DNA of 64,000 nt, taken from an uncultured bacterium. GTDB taxonomy: Bacteria; Verrucomicrobiota; Verrucomicrobiia; Limisphaerales; UBA8199. Shown here one piece after another: positions 19,801-32,449 of the stretch. The stretch covers positions 224,001-288,000 of the forward strand of contig CAVVMW010000023.1 of the NCBI GenBank assembly GCA_963749495.1. Direction: 5' to 3'. The position numbers and the translations under genes are program-made. Below the pieces are notes generated by a model, which had not been told where the DNA came from, did not search any database, and saw only the letters and a program-made list of their open reading frames with translations. How positions within the stretch are numbered: the stretch's first letter is position 1; each line of letters starts with the position of its first letter.

Positions 19801-22800
19801 TCGAACGGACAGGGCAACTCGACCTACGGTGACTACCACAATCCCAATGAGCTGGGTTCCGCCGGGGCTGGAACCCATGCCAACGGCGGCGCGGGCGGCG
19901 GGTTGGTGCGCATTAGCGCTGCCAGCGCCCACATCGACGGAGCACTTCTGGCGAATGGGGCCAACGCGGCGGATAGTGGTGACTATGGCGGAGGCGGGGG
20001 CAGCGGCGGAGGCGTATGGCTGAATGTGGGCAGCCTGAGGGGCGGCGGTTTGATTGCCGCAAATGGGGGGAGCGGGATCACTTGGGGAGTCGCCGGCGGC
20101 GGTGGCCGTGTAGCGCTCTACTACGGCACAGTCAACGGTTTCGATCTGACCAATCGGGTAACCGCGCACGGCGGCAGGGGCAACGGCGCGGGTGCGGTGG
20201 GAACGGTGTACCTGAAACAGAATGGCGCCCTTGGCCAGTTGCTCCTGGCCAGCCATGACACTCCGGCGGGAGCGTGGACTCCCTTGGGACTGGCAAGCGA
20301 CTCTATGTTTGGGGCGGAAGACCTGGTGATTTCCGGGACGAATGTGGTGGCGATGCCGGCCCACCAGATGCCCATCCAAGCCAATACCGTCGCCGTGCTC
20401 GATGGGGCGCTGTTGACCCACCAGCCAACCACAGCGGCACAGGAATTCTCCTTGCGGTTGAGCATCACTAACAGCCTGGTGGTGGACAGCAACTCGGCAG
20501 TCAATGTGTCCGGGCGTGGCTACACCGACGGCTACACGGTCGGCGACACCACGAGCGGGGCAGCCACCGGTCGCTCTGGCGGGTCCTATGGTGGTTTGGG
20601 AGCTTCAGCCTCAGGACAGAGCAATCCGGTGTACGGGGACTACCACTATCCCAATGAGCTTGGGTCTGGCGGAGCTGGGTCCTACGGGAATGGGGGCACG
20701 GGTGGAGGCTTGGTGCACATCGGTGCCGGCAGCGCGCAGGTGGACGGGCAGATCCTGGCCAACGGGGCCAATGCCGTGGATCACGGCGACTATGGCGGAG
20801 GCGGGGGCAGCGGCGGGGGGATTCTGCTGAATGTGGGCAGCCTGAGCGGCGGCGGCCTGATTGCAGCCAATGGGGGTGCGCCGGCCGACTGGGGGGCCGC
20901 AGGCGGGGGCGGCAGGGTAGCCGTCTATTCCAGTGGCTTGACCTTTCCGAGAGCTAATGTAGCGGCCAACGCTGGCGCGGGCGGTCCCGCTGGAGCGCAA
21001 CCTGGAACGGTCCTTTTCAGCGCCACTCCGTACTTCTTATGGGACCATACGAATTCGTTCCTCCACGGGGTCGAGCAGGTAGGTTGTGAAGTTGTGGGCG
21101 TTGGCTCTCAGGATTCCGTCAGCGTGCAGATCTCGGCTGCTCAAGCGGGCGTTTCTTACCTCATCGGCGTGCGCACGGATAAGATCGTTTCCTTTTTCTG
21201 GGATACGGCCACTGTGCCTGACGGGGTGTATGAGCTTCGCGCGGCCTTCCGCCTCAACATGTCCCAGGTCATCGGAGAGCTTTCACAGACCGTGTTGGTG
21301 AACAATTCGGTCGTTTGCCATTCGGGGCTGGTGACAACCAATCAAATTTGGCCAGCCGGGCAAGTTCACGTTGTCAACGGGAACCTCATTATCGGCCAGG
21401 GTGTGACGGTCACGATTGAGCCTGGCGCGGTGGTGAAGTTCACCCACGGGAGCGGAATCACCATCGCGGCTGGCGGTGTCCTCGATGCTCCCGCAACGGC
21501 ATCCGGCCCCATCATCCTCACCTCTTTGGCCGATGACACTGCCGGCGGCGACAGCAATTTGGACGGAAACAACTCGTTGCCCGTCCCGGGGGATTGGCTG
21601 GGTGTCACCGTTGAGGGGACCGGCCAGTTTAACGTGGCGGCTGCCCACGTCAACCTGCGTTATGCCTTCAGCGTCCACGGGGGCACGCTCTCTGCGAATG
21701 AGACCTGGCCGGGCACGCTGGTCCATCTCGTCAATCAGAACCTGGTCGTGCCCGGCGGCGTGACTCTCACGCTCAATCCGGGCGCGGTCGTCAAGTTCGC
21801 ATCAGGCGTTGGCATGACCATCCAATCAGGCGGGATACTGACGGCTCTGGGCACCGTGGCCCTGCCCATCACTCTCACCTCGATTCGAGACGATATGGTC
21901 GCCGGCGACAGCAATGGGGATGGCAATGCCACCTTGCCGGCGCCAGGGGACTGGGCGGGCGTTTTCGTCAACGGCGGACGAGCTGAGCTCGATCACGCCG
22001 CGGTCAACTACGCCGGCTTTACCGCCAACGGCCAGTGGGACACTACTGCGGGCGCCATCAACCTGCAAAACAACGGCACCCTGACGCTGTCCAACTCGAT
22101 CATCAATAACGCCTTCTTTGACGGCCTCATCGCTTGGGGCAGCGGTGACGCAACCCTGGTCAGTTCACTCATTCTCAACTGCGATCGGGGCATCGACCCG
22201 GACGGCTCGAGCATCGTTCGGCTCATCAACTGCCTGCTGGATAACAACCGCATCGGCATCTGGGGCCATAACGGGACGGTCGGGATCACCAACACCATCA
22301 TCAGCCACAGCTCGCAGGCGGGCCTTTACAATATCCTCAATTCGCCGATTGCCCTGCATTACAGCGATGTCTGGTCCACTAACGGCGCCAACTACGTGGG
22401 CAACATCTCCGACCAGACCGGCGCCAATGGCAATATCTCGGCGGACCCCAAGTTCAAGAACATCGCTCTCGGGGACTACCGCCTCAACTATGGCTCGCCT
22501 TGCATCAACGCCGCCGATTCGACCGTCGCCCCGCCGGGCGATTTCATGGGGGCGCCGCGCTATACCGACCCGCGCACCCTGGTCAAGACCGGCCTCCCGG
22601 GCACCAACGGAGTCTATGCGGATATGGGGGCGTTCGAGTTTGTCGAGACTGCCGTATCGGATGTCAACCTCATCGCCACCCAGGTTAGCGGTCCGGGGTT
22701 CGTCACCGCTGGTGATTGGGTCCTGGTTCAGTGGACCGTTGCCAACCTTGGCAGTGGCGTTGCGGTGGGGCCTTGGCACGACACCGTCTATTTGGCTCCC

Positions 22801-25800
22801 GCCCGGGGCGCCGATGCCCCGCTTTGGGCGGCCGAGGTGCTCGACGGGACGCTGGCCTTGGGCTCCGGCGAAACGGTCACCGTCACCAATTCAGTCCGCG
22901 TTCCAGGCGGTGCGGAAGGCGCCTACCAGTGGCAGGTCCGCGTCAACAGCCGCGGCGAGGTCTTCGAGGGCATCAATTGGACCAATAACCTGGCCAGCGG
23001 AGCGGCCACGGTGCAATTGCAGGTGCCCGAGTTGGTCGTGGGCGCTAATCCCATTGCCCAGCAGTTTAATGGGGAAGGGCAATCCCAGTGGTTTAAGGTC
23101 CAGCTCCCGGCGGGCCAAAATGTCCTGGTAACCCTCTCACCCACGGGTAATTCCAGCACCCTCGAAATGTATTCGGGCCAGGGTTATATGCCCACGCAGT
23201 TGAATTATGACGCGCAACAAAGGGCCTCAAACGGCAGCGCGGCCACCCTGCTGTTGCCTAGCGGCGCCGCCAGCACTTGCTACCTCTTGTTATATGCCCA
23301 GTCCCTGCCGGGGGGGACGGCCGCTTACAATTTGGCGGCCACGGTCCTCGACTTCTCATTGACGGAAATCAGTTCGGCAACACGGGTCGGGAACACGGGA
23401 CCCGTGACCCTCGATGTGCGCGGGGGACAACTGTCCGCAAACCTGGCTTACCAGGTCATCGGGCCCGATGGCCAGGCGATTGCAGCCACCTCCGTCTATG
23501 CGGTAAATTCATCCGAAGTGTTTGTCACCTTCGATCTCAGCGGGCGTCCCCTGGGGAACTACCAACTGCTCGCGGGGCAAAGCGGCCACACCGTAACGCT
23601 CACGAATGCCATCGAACGTAATCCACGGGAACCCCGGGCACGTCAATGTCAATGTGGCCAGTCCAGCCAATACTCGTCCCGGTAGAGAGGGCGTGGTGGT
23701 GATCGAATACCGCAACACGGGCAACGTGGATGTGACGGCGCCCTTGATGCAAGTCCAGGCGCAAAACGCCAACCTCCGATTTGACGCCCAGAGCGATTAT
23801 GTGGGCGGCTCAGTGTGGTTGTTGGGCATCAACAACGCAGGCCCCGCCGGCACCCTGCCCCCAGGGGCAGCGGGCTCGGTGCAACTGCTCTTTGAGCCCG
23901 GCACGGCAGCCAGTTGTACTTTCAGCGTGCTGCTGCCGCCCTCAACGAACACTCCCGCCGACTGGGCCAGCCTCAAGGATTCCCTGCGGCCGGAGGACGT
24001 TCTGCCCGAGGCCTGGGATGCCATTTACGCCAACTTTGTCGCCCGGCTTGGCCCCACCATGGGCCAATGCCAAAGCGCCCTTGCCCAAGACGCCACTTAC
24101 CTGGGGCAGCTTGGCAGCTATGTGACGGACGTCCGAACCTTGGCCAGCTTCGAGCTCTTCCACGCCGGTCAAGAGGGCGCCATCAGCCAACGCTATAACT
24201 TGGGCACCTTTGGTCGAGGTCAAGTGGATCCCACCAATATCGTCGCGGTGACCAACACCGCCGGGGATGTCAGAATTCGCGTCTCCCAGACCTTTATGCG
24301 GCTCTTTAAGCTCCAGGCCGATGGAAGTTACCTCGCCTTGCCCGGCGATTACGGTGTGTTGACCCTGGCCAAAGGTCATTATCAGATCAGCGAATCCGAC
24401 GGCACGATACTGGCCTTCCGACCCGACAACACATTGGACTATATCGAGGATCCCAACCTCAATCGCCTGACCTGCAACTACACCAGCGGCAGGTTGGCCA
24501 GTTGGACCGATTCCTGGGGCGACTCTGTGCTGTTGACCTACAATGCGCAAGGCCGAGTCGTCAGCCTCACCGACCCGGTCGGACGCAACACCACTTTCGC
24601 ATACGATGCCTTGGGAGAGCATCTCACCAGCATTGTGGCTCCCGATGGCACCACCAATTCCTACACCTACGTCACGGGCCAAGGGGCGGCTCGCGAACAC
24701 GCGCTGGCGTCGGTCACGGCCGCTGATGGCACACGGCTGAACCTGGAATATGACGACCTGGGCGCCCTGACGCAACTGAGCCAGGCGGGAGGCCAGGCGA
24801 CGTTAACCATTGATAGCGACTCGCCGGGAACCGTCACCGTGACGGATGCCAATGGCGCTTCGGTAAAGTTCCTCTACGATCACCTCGGCCAATTGCGCCA
24901 GCTCATTGATCCCTTCGGCAACCTGACGCGGTTGGATTATGACGCAAACCACAACCTGACCCGCGCCGCTCTCCCCGGCGGATTGAGTTCCTCGTTCAAT
25001 TACGATCCTCGCGGCAACCTCATCGCCGGCATCGACGCCCTGGGCAGCCGCCTGGACGCGACTTATGACCCGACCCTCAACGTGCCCCTCAGCCTCCGCA
25101 CTCCCGGCGGCCAGCAAACGCAGTTCACCTACGACGGCCGTGGCAATCCGCTCTCCATGATCTACCCGGATGGACGCACCGAGCAAGCAACCTATGACGC
25201 CAGGGGCGCTATCACAAACGCGGTTGATGGCCGCGCAATCGGGATTCAATACGTTTATGATGACAAGGGGCTTTTGACGAAGAAGCAATATGCGGATGGC
25301 AGCCGAGTTCAGTTCAGCTATGATGCCCACCGGAACCTAACCAACATTTCTCAGATCAACGGCGCCACGAATCGCGCCACGGTCATGGCCTATGATGCGG
25401 CCGATCGGCTGATTAAGGTGACCGATCGCTTCAATCGCTCTCTGGCGTTCAACTATGATGGCGCCGGACGGCGCACCCGGATGCTGGCCGGCGACGGTTT
25501 TGCGGTCAACTACGCCTACGATGCCCAGGGCCGCCTGTCCCAAGTGACCGACGCGGCCGGCAATACTAATGTAACCTACAATTACGATGCCGGCGGCCGT
25601 TTGGCCAATAAGCAACTGGGTAATGGCGCCCTGGCCACTTACCAATACGACGCGGCGAACCAGATTGTTCGCCTGGTCAACCAGGCGCCGGACGGGTCGA
25701 TTCTCTCCCGCTTTGATTATGCCTACGACAAACTGGGGCGGCGAACCCGCCTCGTCACGCTGGAAGGCACCAACGACTATGCCTACGACGCCATCGGACA

Positions 25801-28800
25801 ATTGGCCGCGGTCACGCTGCCGGGGGGCAGAACAATAGACTACACTTATGATGCCGAAGGAAATCGGAGCTTGGTCTCCGACAATGGCGCAGCCACCGCG
25901 TACCTGCCAAATAATTTGGACCAATACACGATGGTTGGCTCCGCGGCCTGCCAGTATGATGCGGACGGAAATCTGATTTCGAAAACCGATGGTGGCCAGA
26001 CCTGGACTTATGCGTACAGATAACGAGAACCGTCTCGTTCAGGCTGTCACTCCGGATGGCACGTGGAGTTACGAGTATGATGCGTTTGGCAACCGGGTCG
26101 CAACTGTCCAAAATGGCCAGCGCACCGAATACCTGATCGATCCATTCGGTCTTGGCAACGTGGTGGGTGAATTCAATGGTTCTGGCGGCCTGGTGGCACA
26201 TTACGCGCACGGGGGCGGCCTGGTGAGCCGCGCCGATGGCCGAGGTGAGTCTGCATTTTATCACTTTGACGCCCTCGGAAACACCAGCGAGATGACTGAC
26301 CCTTCGGGCAATGTGCTCAATCAGTATTCGTACTTGCCTTTTGGCGAACCCTTGAGCGTGGCTGAAGCGGTAGAGAATCCGTTTCGCCACGTCGGGGAAT
26401 TGGGTGTCATGCACGAAGGGCACGGTATGGAGTTCGTGCGGGCAAGGTCCTTCGATCCGGCAGCCGGCAGGTTTACGCAGCGGGACCCCATTGGTCTGGC
26501 GGGTGGCATAAACCTCTATCGTTGCACAGGGAATGATCCGGTGAACTCATCGGATCCCAGTGGTCTGATGGTGAACCTTTGGAGCTCTTACGAAACGTTA
26601 AGCGGCCTCATCTTCGAGTCAGGCAGGGCAGTTGATTATCTGGAAGCTCTTCGCCCCTTCCTGAACCAGGGGGCGCGCGAGCAAGTGTATGCCACCTACC
26701 TGCGACAGGGCTTGCGCCCGGCGCTCCAATTAGCCCTGCGTTTTAACAACGCAGGCGCGATAGAATATGCGGCCAAGGTCCTTGGCATGAACAGTTCTTT
26801 GGAGGCTGAGGCCGCTCGACAAACGGCACTGGCAGCAGAACAGGCTGCCGCTGCTGCAGCGGCAGGGGAGGCGTCGGGTGCCCGCTGGGCTGCAGCCAGA
26901 ACAATAGGCGGCAAAATACTAGGCGGAGCGCTGACGGTTTACACCCTATACCAGGGTGCCCAAGCGTGGTGCCAGGTATTGTCGGTCTCGGGAATGAACG
27001 ACTTGGACTACCTCACGGATGGCTGGCTCTTGGGAGTAACACCCGTGGCTCAAGCCGGGACACGGGTCGTTACTTCGCATGACCCCAACGATATCACCGG
27101 CCCGGCCGGTTATGGGCAGCAGTCCTACGTCAGTGTGGATTTCACGATGTATTACCTGATCCAGTTCGCGAACAAGACCAACGCCTCGGCGCCGGCACAA
27201 ATGGTGGTGGTGACAAACCAGTTGCCAGCCGCCCTGGATTACGGCACCTTCGAATTAGGGAATATGGGCTTTGGCACTAACGTCGTGACGGTGCCGCCGG
27301 GCCGCACTTTCTATTCCAGCCGGGTGGATGCGCGCGGCGCGCTGGGCCTTTACGTGGATGTGCAAGGCCAGTTCGATGCGACCAGCGGTTTGGCGGTTTG
27401 GACCTTCACTTCGATCAATCCGGTAACCGGTGGCGAGCCGGAGGACCCCTTGGCCGGGTTTTTGCCGCCGGACACCAACCCTCCGGCCGGCGAAGGCTGG
27501 GTGCGCTATAGCGTGAAGCCGCTCGCGGATACGGCCGACGGTTCGCAGGTCAGCGCCCAGGCCTCGGTTTACTTCGACACCAACCCCCGCATCAACACGC
27601 CTACCATCACCAACGGCTTGGATAGCCTTACCCCGAGCAGCCATGTTATTCCGCTGCCGCCAACCAGTCCGCCTGCTTTCACCGTGAGTTGGACCGGGCA
27701 GGATGGACAGGGTTCGGGCATTGCCGGGTATGACATTTTTGTGGCCACCAACCAGGCGCCTTATGGCTTGTGGCTCCAAGGCACGACGAACAGCAGCGCT
27801 GCCTTCACCGGTTCGGTGGGCTCCACCTATGCCTTTTACAGCATCGCCACCGATGGAGTGGGACACCGCGAATTGCCACCTGCGGTCGCGGAGGCGCTGA
27901 CCTTGGTTGCTGCAACAGCTCCCACCAATGCCCCCTCTCTGCTGGACGGCCCGCTCATGAACGTCGCCCGGATGGGACATTGTATCGGGGAGATGCCGGA
28001 CGGTTCAGCCGTGGTTTTCGGGGGCCACGGCCAGGGATTCGTCGCCCTCAATTCCATCGAGATTTGGCGGCCGGCGGCCAACAGTTTCACTCTGCTGCCC
28101 ACGCCCTTCACCTTTGATTCCGGCGCCCTGGTGCGTCTGGCCGATGGGCGTTACCTGATGGCCGGCGGGGCGGCCAACCTGGGCGTAGCCCCGGGCTATA
28201 ATACAGCCCAGCTTTTCGATCCCGTCGCCGGCACCGTGGCTTCGACGGGCACCAGCATGGTGCGGCCTCGCATGTCTTGCCGCGGGGCCCTGCTCACCAG
28301 CGGCAAAGTGCTCATTGCAGGCGGTTGGTATGACACCGGCAGCGCCACTTATGGAGAACTGTTCGACCCGGCCACCGGGTTATTTGCGGCAACGGGAGCG
28401 CTGCGCACTCCGCGAGCCCAGCCGGTGGTGCTGCCGACCACCGACGGCAAGGCGGTGATCGCCGGCGGGATGGGGGTTTACGGCAGTCCGAGCTTTATCG
28501 AGCAGGTGGAATTATACGATCCGGTCCAAAATTCCTTCTCGGTGTTGACCAATGCCTTGTTCCCGGGTGAGACGGGCTGGGCCTTGAGCCCGGAGGGGGA
28601 GCGAACCATCCGGGACCAACAGACCGCCGATGGCCGTTATGTCCTCCAGGCTTCTCGGGTCACCAACAATGTTACCGAAGTGGTGCTGGCGATCTTCGAT
28701 CCCACGGCCCGCAAATTCACCAAGCTGGCCGCCAGCCCAGCCTTTACGGAGCCAGTGAGCGCCTGGCTGCCGGTGGTGTCGGCTGCGGAAAATGCAGTGT

Positions 28801-29282
28801 ATTTCCTCTCCGGCTACAACACCAACAGCAGCGCCAACTTGATCTTCCGCGTTCAGCGGGTGGACCTGGCCACCGGACAGCGGGTGGCCTCGGATGAACT
28901 TTCCGTCACCAACTACTATCCGGGCAGCAGTGCCACGGTGTTATTGAAAGATGGCCGGTTGTTTGTCACGGGCGGCACCACGGCGATCGATTCACAATTC
29001 AATTTCCAGCCCGTGCAGAACACGTTCTTTGTGGAGGGTTTGCCGGCCGGTTCCGTGGCGGGCGCTCCTCCACGCTTGAATTGGTCGAGGGTGGGCAAAA
29101 CCATCACCCTTTCCTGGCCGTCATCCGCGACTGGTTACATAATTGAACGCACCGGCAATTTAGCCGGCGCTGCCACCTGGAATTCCGTGACCAATTCCCT
29201 CACCGTGGTTGGAGATCAAAACACGGTTACTCTGGACATTGCCGGCCAAACCCTCTTCTTCCGCCTGAAAAAGGCAGAGTAA
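16866..29282 (+). CDS. Giant (~4100 aa) secreted RHS/YD-repeat protein: Gly-rich repeats, beta-helix, CARDB/Ig-like domains, RHS shell and core, DPND domain, FN3-like domain, Kelch propeller, C-terminal FFRL domain; four 1-bp frameshifts
   Basis: Five consecutive ORFs join at ~18784, ~19265, ~23614 and ~26018; the first two indels can be checked against sister repeats. YD repeats at 24300-26300; RHS core YLPFGE...FDPAAGRFTQRDPIGLAGGINLYRCTGNDPVNSSDPSG. Confidence 0.88.
17090..21010 (+). repeat. About five tandem ~825-bp (275-aa) Gly-rich intragenic repeats
   Basis: LTHQPTT...IDVSGRGY...GGSYGGLG...YGDYHNPNELGS...GGGGGSGGGVWL recurs with an 825-bp period (antisense ORFs at 17289 and 18114). 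Confidence 0.92.
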
Positions 29283-29409
29283 TAACCTGTCAATCCGCGC
29301 CGCATAACCCTGCAGGTGAATGAATTGGCGGTTGACGTTGCGGGGTCCTTTGCGGGACACTTGGCGCAATAGAAACCAGGTTTGTGCCGACCCACCTGGT
29401 CCAGATCGC

Positions 29410-32223
29410 ATGGGGAAATGTCGAATGCTTATTGGCTTGCTCGCCGCGCTGAGCCTGGCCGCCTTGGCTGCCGAGGACAGGGCCGTCCTCGAAAACGCCT
29501 TCGTAAAGTACACGGTCTCGTCTGACGGAAAGAACATGGGATTTGTCAACCGTGTGACCGGTGTTGACTATTTGCGCCGGGAGCCTGTCTCGGCCTGCGC
29601 CCTGGTCCGCCGGGACGGGAAGGAATATCCCGCAACCTCGGCCGCCCTCGCCAATGGCCGCCTGGCGCTGCGCTTCGGCAATGCCGGAGTCGAGGCCGTG
29701 GTCAAGGTCGAACCACGGGCGTCCTGGATTCGGCTGACTGTGGAATCGGTGAAGGGCGCCGAGATCGAGTCCCTGGTGTTTCTCAATGTTCCGCTCATGC
29801 TCAACGGCAAGCCGGAGGAATCCTTCGGGGCATGCGCGCTTTCACTGAACCTCATCACGCGGGTGGACCAGTTGCCCGCGCTCCAGAGCGAACTCCGGGC
29901 GGCCGCTCACCGGAAGTTCGGCATCGTGGGAGCGAAGGTGGCCCTGGTTGGCATGGCGCCAGGCCGAATGCTGGCGACGCTCAAGGAGGTGCTCCTGGAG
30001 GCTGACGAAATGCCGCTTTGCAAGGTGGCCGGGCCGTGGGCCCGGGAGGTCCCTTTCAACCACGGCTCCTACCTGTTCAACTTCGGGTCCTTGACGGAGG
30101 CAACCGTTGACGACTGGATCGAAATGGCCAGAAGCCTTGGCTTCACCCAGATCGACAACCACGGCGGCAGCGCCGGCTTCTTCCGCTTCGGGGATTTCGA
30201 GCTCAACCGTGACAAGTGGCCCGAGGGCTGGGAGAGCTACAAGCGTATCGTCGCCCGCCTTCACACTGCGGGCATCGGTTCGATCTTCCACACTTACGCC
30301 TTCTTCATCAACAAGCACTCGAAGTATGTGGGCCCCATCCCTGACAAGCGCTTGGATGCCTTCCGCACCTTCACGCTGGCTGCGGACGTGGACGCCGATG
30401 CGGACACGATCCCCGTGAACGAGCCCACCGCCGGGATGAGCACCTTGACCGGGTTCTTCGAACACAACAGCGTAGTGTTGCACCTGGGCAATGAGTTGGC
30501 CACCTTCGGCGCCGTCAGCAAGGAGCCGCCCTGGCGCTTTACCGGCGTCAAGCGGGGCGTGTTTGGGACGAAAGCCGCGCCCCATGAGAAGGGCACGGCG
30601 GCGCGCCACTTGAAGGAGTGTTTTGGCCTGTTTGTGCCCGACCCGGAGTCCTCGCTGTTCACCGAGATCGCGGCAAACCATGCCGAGGTGGTGAACCACT
30701 GTGATTTCGACGGCATCTATTTGGACGCCATAGATGGCAGCTCCATCCTGCGCGGCGGTGACGAGTGCTGGTATTGGGCGGACAAATTCGTCATGGAGAT
30801 ACAGAAGCGCCTGAAGAAACCCGTGGGCATGGAGATGAGCGCGATGTGGCACCACTTCTGGCAGTACCGGACGCGCTGGCAGGCCTGGGACTATCCCCAG
30901 CGCGGTCATAAGCGATTCGTCAACCTGCACGCCGTGGCCGTCAACGGGGGCCTGCTTCTGCCCCTGCACCTCGGCTGGTGGAACTTCCAGTCCTTCAACC
31001 CGCCGCAGATCGAGCCGGCCTACCCCGACGTCATCGAGTGCCTCGGGGCCAGGCTCGTCGGCTGGGATGCCGGCATCTCCCTGACCGGAGGCGTGGACCG
31101 CGAGCAACTCCGCAACGTTCCCCTCTTTCGGCGGGCAGTGGACACGCTCCGGGCCTGCGAGGAAATCCGCCATGCCGGAACCTTGGACGAGGCCGCCAAG
31201 GCGAAGCTCAGAGAACCGGGCGGCGAATTCTCGCTCTTCACCGATGCCGACGGGAAGCGCCGCTTCCGCCGCTCGCATTCCGAGGCGCACACCGCTGCCA
31301 TTGCCGAGCCGTGGACGCTCTCGTGGTCCGTAACGAATCCTTTCGCCGAGCAGCCCATGACAGTGCGCATCGAGGCGCTCATGTCCGCCGGCTCCAACGA
31401 TGAGCCTGGAGCCGTTGTCCTCGGCGGCCTCGCGGGCGAGGACGCCGCCGCCTGGAAGGCAAGCGCGGCCCAGGGCGTCGTGGTCTCGCTCGCCGCTGCA
31501 GCTTCCGGCAGCAGTTCCCCTGGCGCGTTCATCACGGCCACAAACAGCGGCAAGATCGATCGCCGGGCAGCCTGGGCCTGCTGCCGGAAACAGTTCAAGC
31601 CGGCCTTGAACTTGAAGCAATGCCAGGCGCTCGGCCTGTGGATTCAAGGGGACGGCTTGGGTGAAATCATCGCCGTTCGCCTCGAAAGCCCGCAGCACCT
31701 GGCCTTCGGCGCCGTGGCCGATCGCTACATCACCGTGGATTTCACCGGCAAACGGTGGGTCACTCTGGTGGAAACCGAATCCGCCCGCTGGAGCGACTTT
31801 ACTTGGGACGACGGCAAGGGGCTCTACAACGTCTATCGTGAGACCGTCGATTTCGGCACCATCGAGTCAGTGGCCATCTGGTGCCAGAACCTCCCGCCGG
31901 GGAAGGAGGTCAGGTGCGGCATCGGCCCAATCAAAGCGCTGCCGATGCTGCCAGGCACGCTCAAGGACCCAGCCATCACTATAGACGGGATGACCACGGT
32001 GTTTCCTGGCGAACTCACCTCGGGCAGTTGGCTTGAGTGCAACGGCCCTGAGGACTGCACCCTCTACGGCTCCAAGGGAGAGGTCCTCGGCAAGGTCTCC
32101 CCCTCAGGCAGGCTGCCGCCCCTTCGCGCGGGACAGAACCAGGCGCAATTCTCTTGCGCGTCCAGGAACGGGCCGTCCCCGCGTGTAAAAGTGACGCTGT
32201 TCACCCGTGGAGAGGCGCTCTAA
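29410..32223 (+). CDS. Secreted hypothetical protein with a probable glycoside-hydrolase-like TIM barrel
   Basis: Signal peptide MLIGLLAALSLAALA; WPEGWESYKRIVARLHTAGIGSIFHTY and FDGIYLDAIDG resemble GH27/36/101-type barrels. Confidence 0.7.
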   Translation: MGKCRMLIGLLAALSLAALAAEDRAVLENAFVKYTVSSDGKNMGFVNRVTGVDYLRREPVSACALVRRDGKEYPATSAALANGRLALRFGNAGVEAVVKVEPRASWIRLTVESVKGAEIESLVFLNVPLMLNGKPEESFGACALSLNLITRVDQLPALQSELRAAAHRKFGIVGAKVALVGMAPGRMLATLKEVLLEADEMPLCKVAGPWAREVPFNHGSYLFNFGSLTEATVDDWIEMARSLGFTQIDNHGGSAGFFRFGDFELNRDKWPEGWESYKRIVARLHTAGIGSIFHTYAFFINKHSKYVGPIPDKRLDAFRTFTLAADVDADADTIPVNEPTAGMSTLTGFFEHNSVVLHLGNELATFGAVSKEPPWRFTGVKRGVFGTKAAPHEKGTAARHLKECFGLFVPDPESSLFTEIAANHAEVVNHCDFDGIYLDAIDGSSILRGGDECWYWADKFVMEIQKRLKKPVGMEMSAMWHHFWQYRTRWQAWDYPQRGHKRFVNLHAVAVNGGLLLPLHLGWWNFQSFNPPQIEPAYPDVIECLGARLVGWDAGISLTGGVDREQLRNVPLFRRAVDTLRACEEIRHAGTLDEAAKAKLREPGGEFSLFTDADGKRRFRRSHSEAHTAAIAEPWTLSWSVTNPFAEQPMTVRIEALMSAGSNDEPGAVVLGGLAGEDAAAWKASAAQGVVVSLAAAASGSSSPGAFITATNSGKIDRRAAWACCRKQFKPALNLKQCQALGLWIQGDGLGEIIAVRLESPQHLAFGAVADRYITVDFTGKRWVTLVETESARWSDFTWDDGKGLYNVYRETVDFGTIESVAIWCQNLPPGKEVRCGIGPIKALPMLPGTLKDPAITIDGMTTVFPGELTSGSWLECNGPEDCTLYGSKGEVLGKVSPSGRLPPLRAGQNQAQFSCASRNGPSPRVKVTLFTRGEAL

Positions 32224-32449
32224 CCACAGCCGAGACACGGTGGGGGGGCACCCATAGCTTGGTTGGTTTTCACGACGTGACGAACTATGCTAATGGCCGA
32301 CCTCTTCTTCGTGCGAACAACGCCGGGGCAGCACCTGGGTGAGAAACCCCCTAATGTGCAGCAATGCTGCCGCGTTAGGTGGGAATTGGCCCCACAAGGC
32401 AGTCCAACTAACCTTGCTTAGCACTTATGAACCAACAAAGTAACGATTC

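Noticed and set aside
32349..32385. Hairpin cctaatgtgcagcaatgctgccgcgttagg resembling an integron attC end
   Set aside because: Too short, single copy, no L boxes or integron integrase; more likely a terminator-like hairpin.
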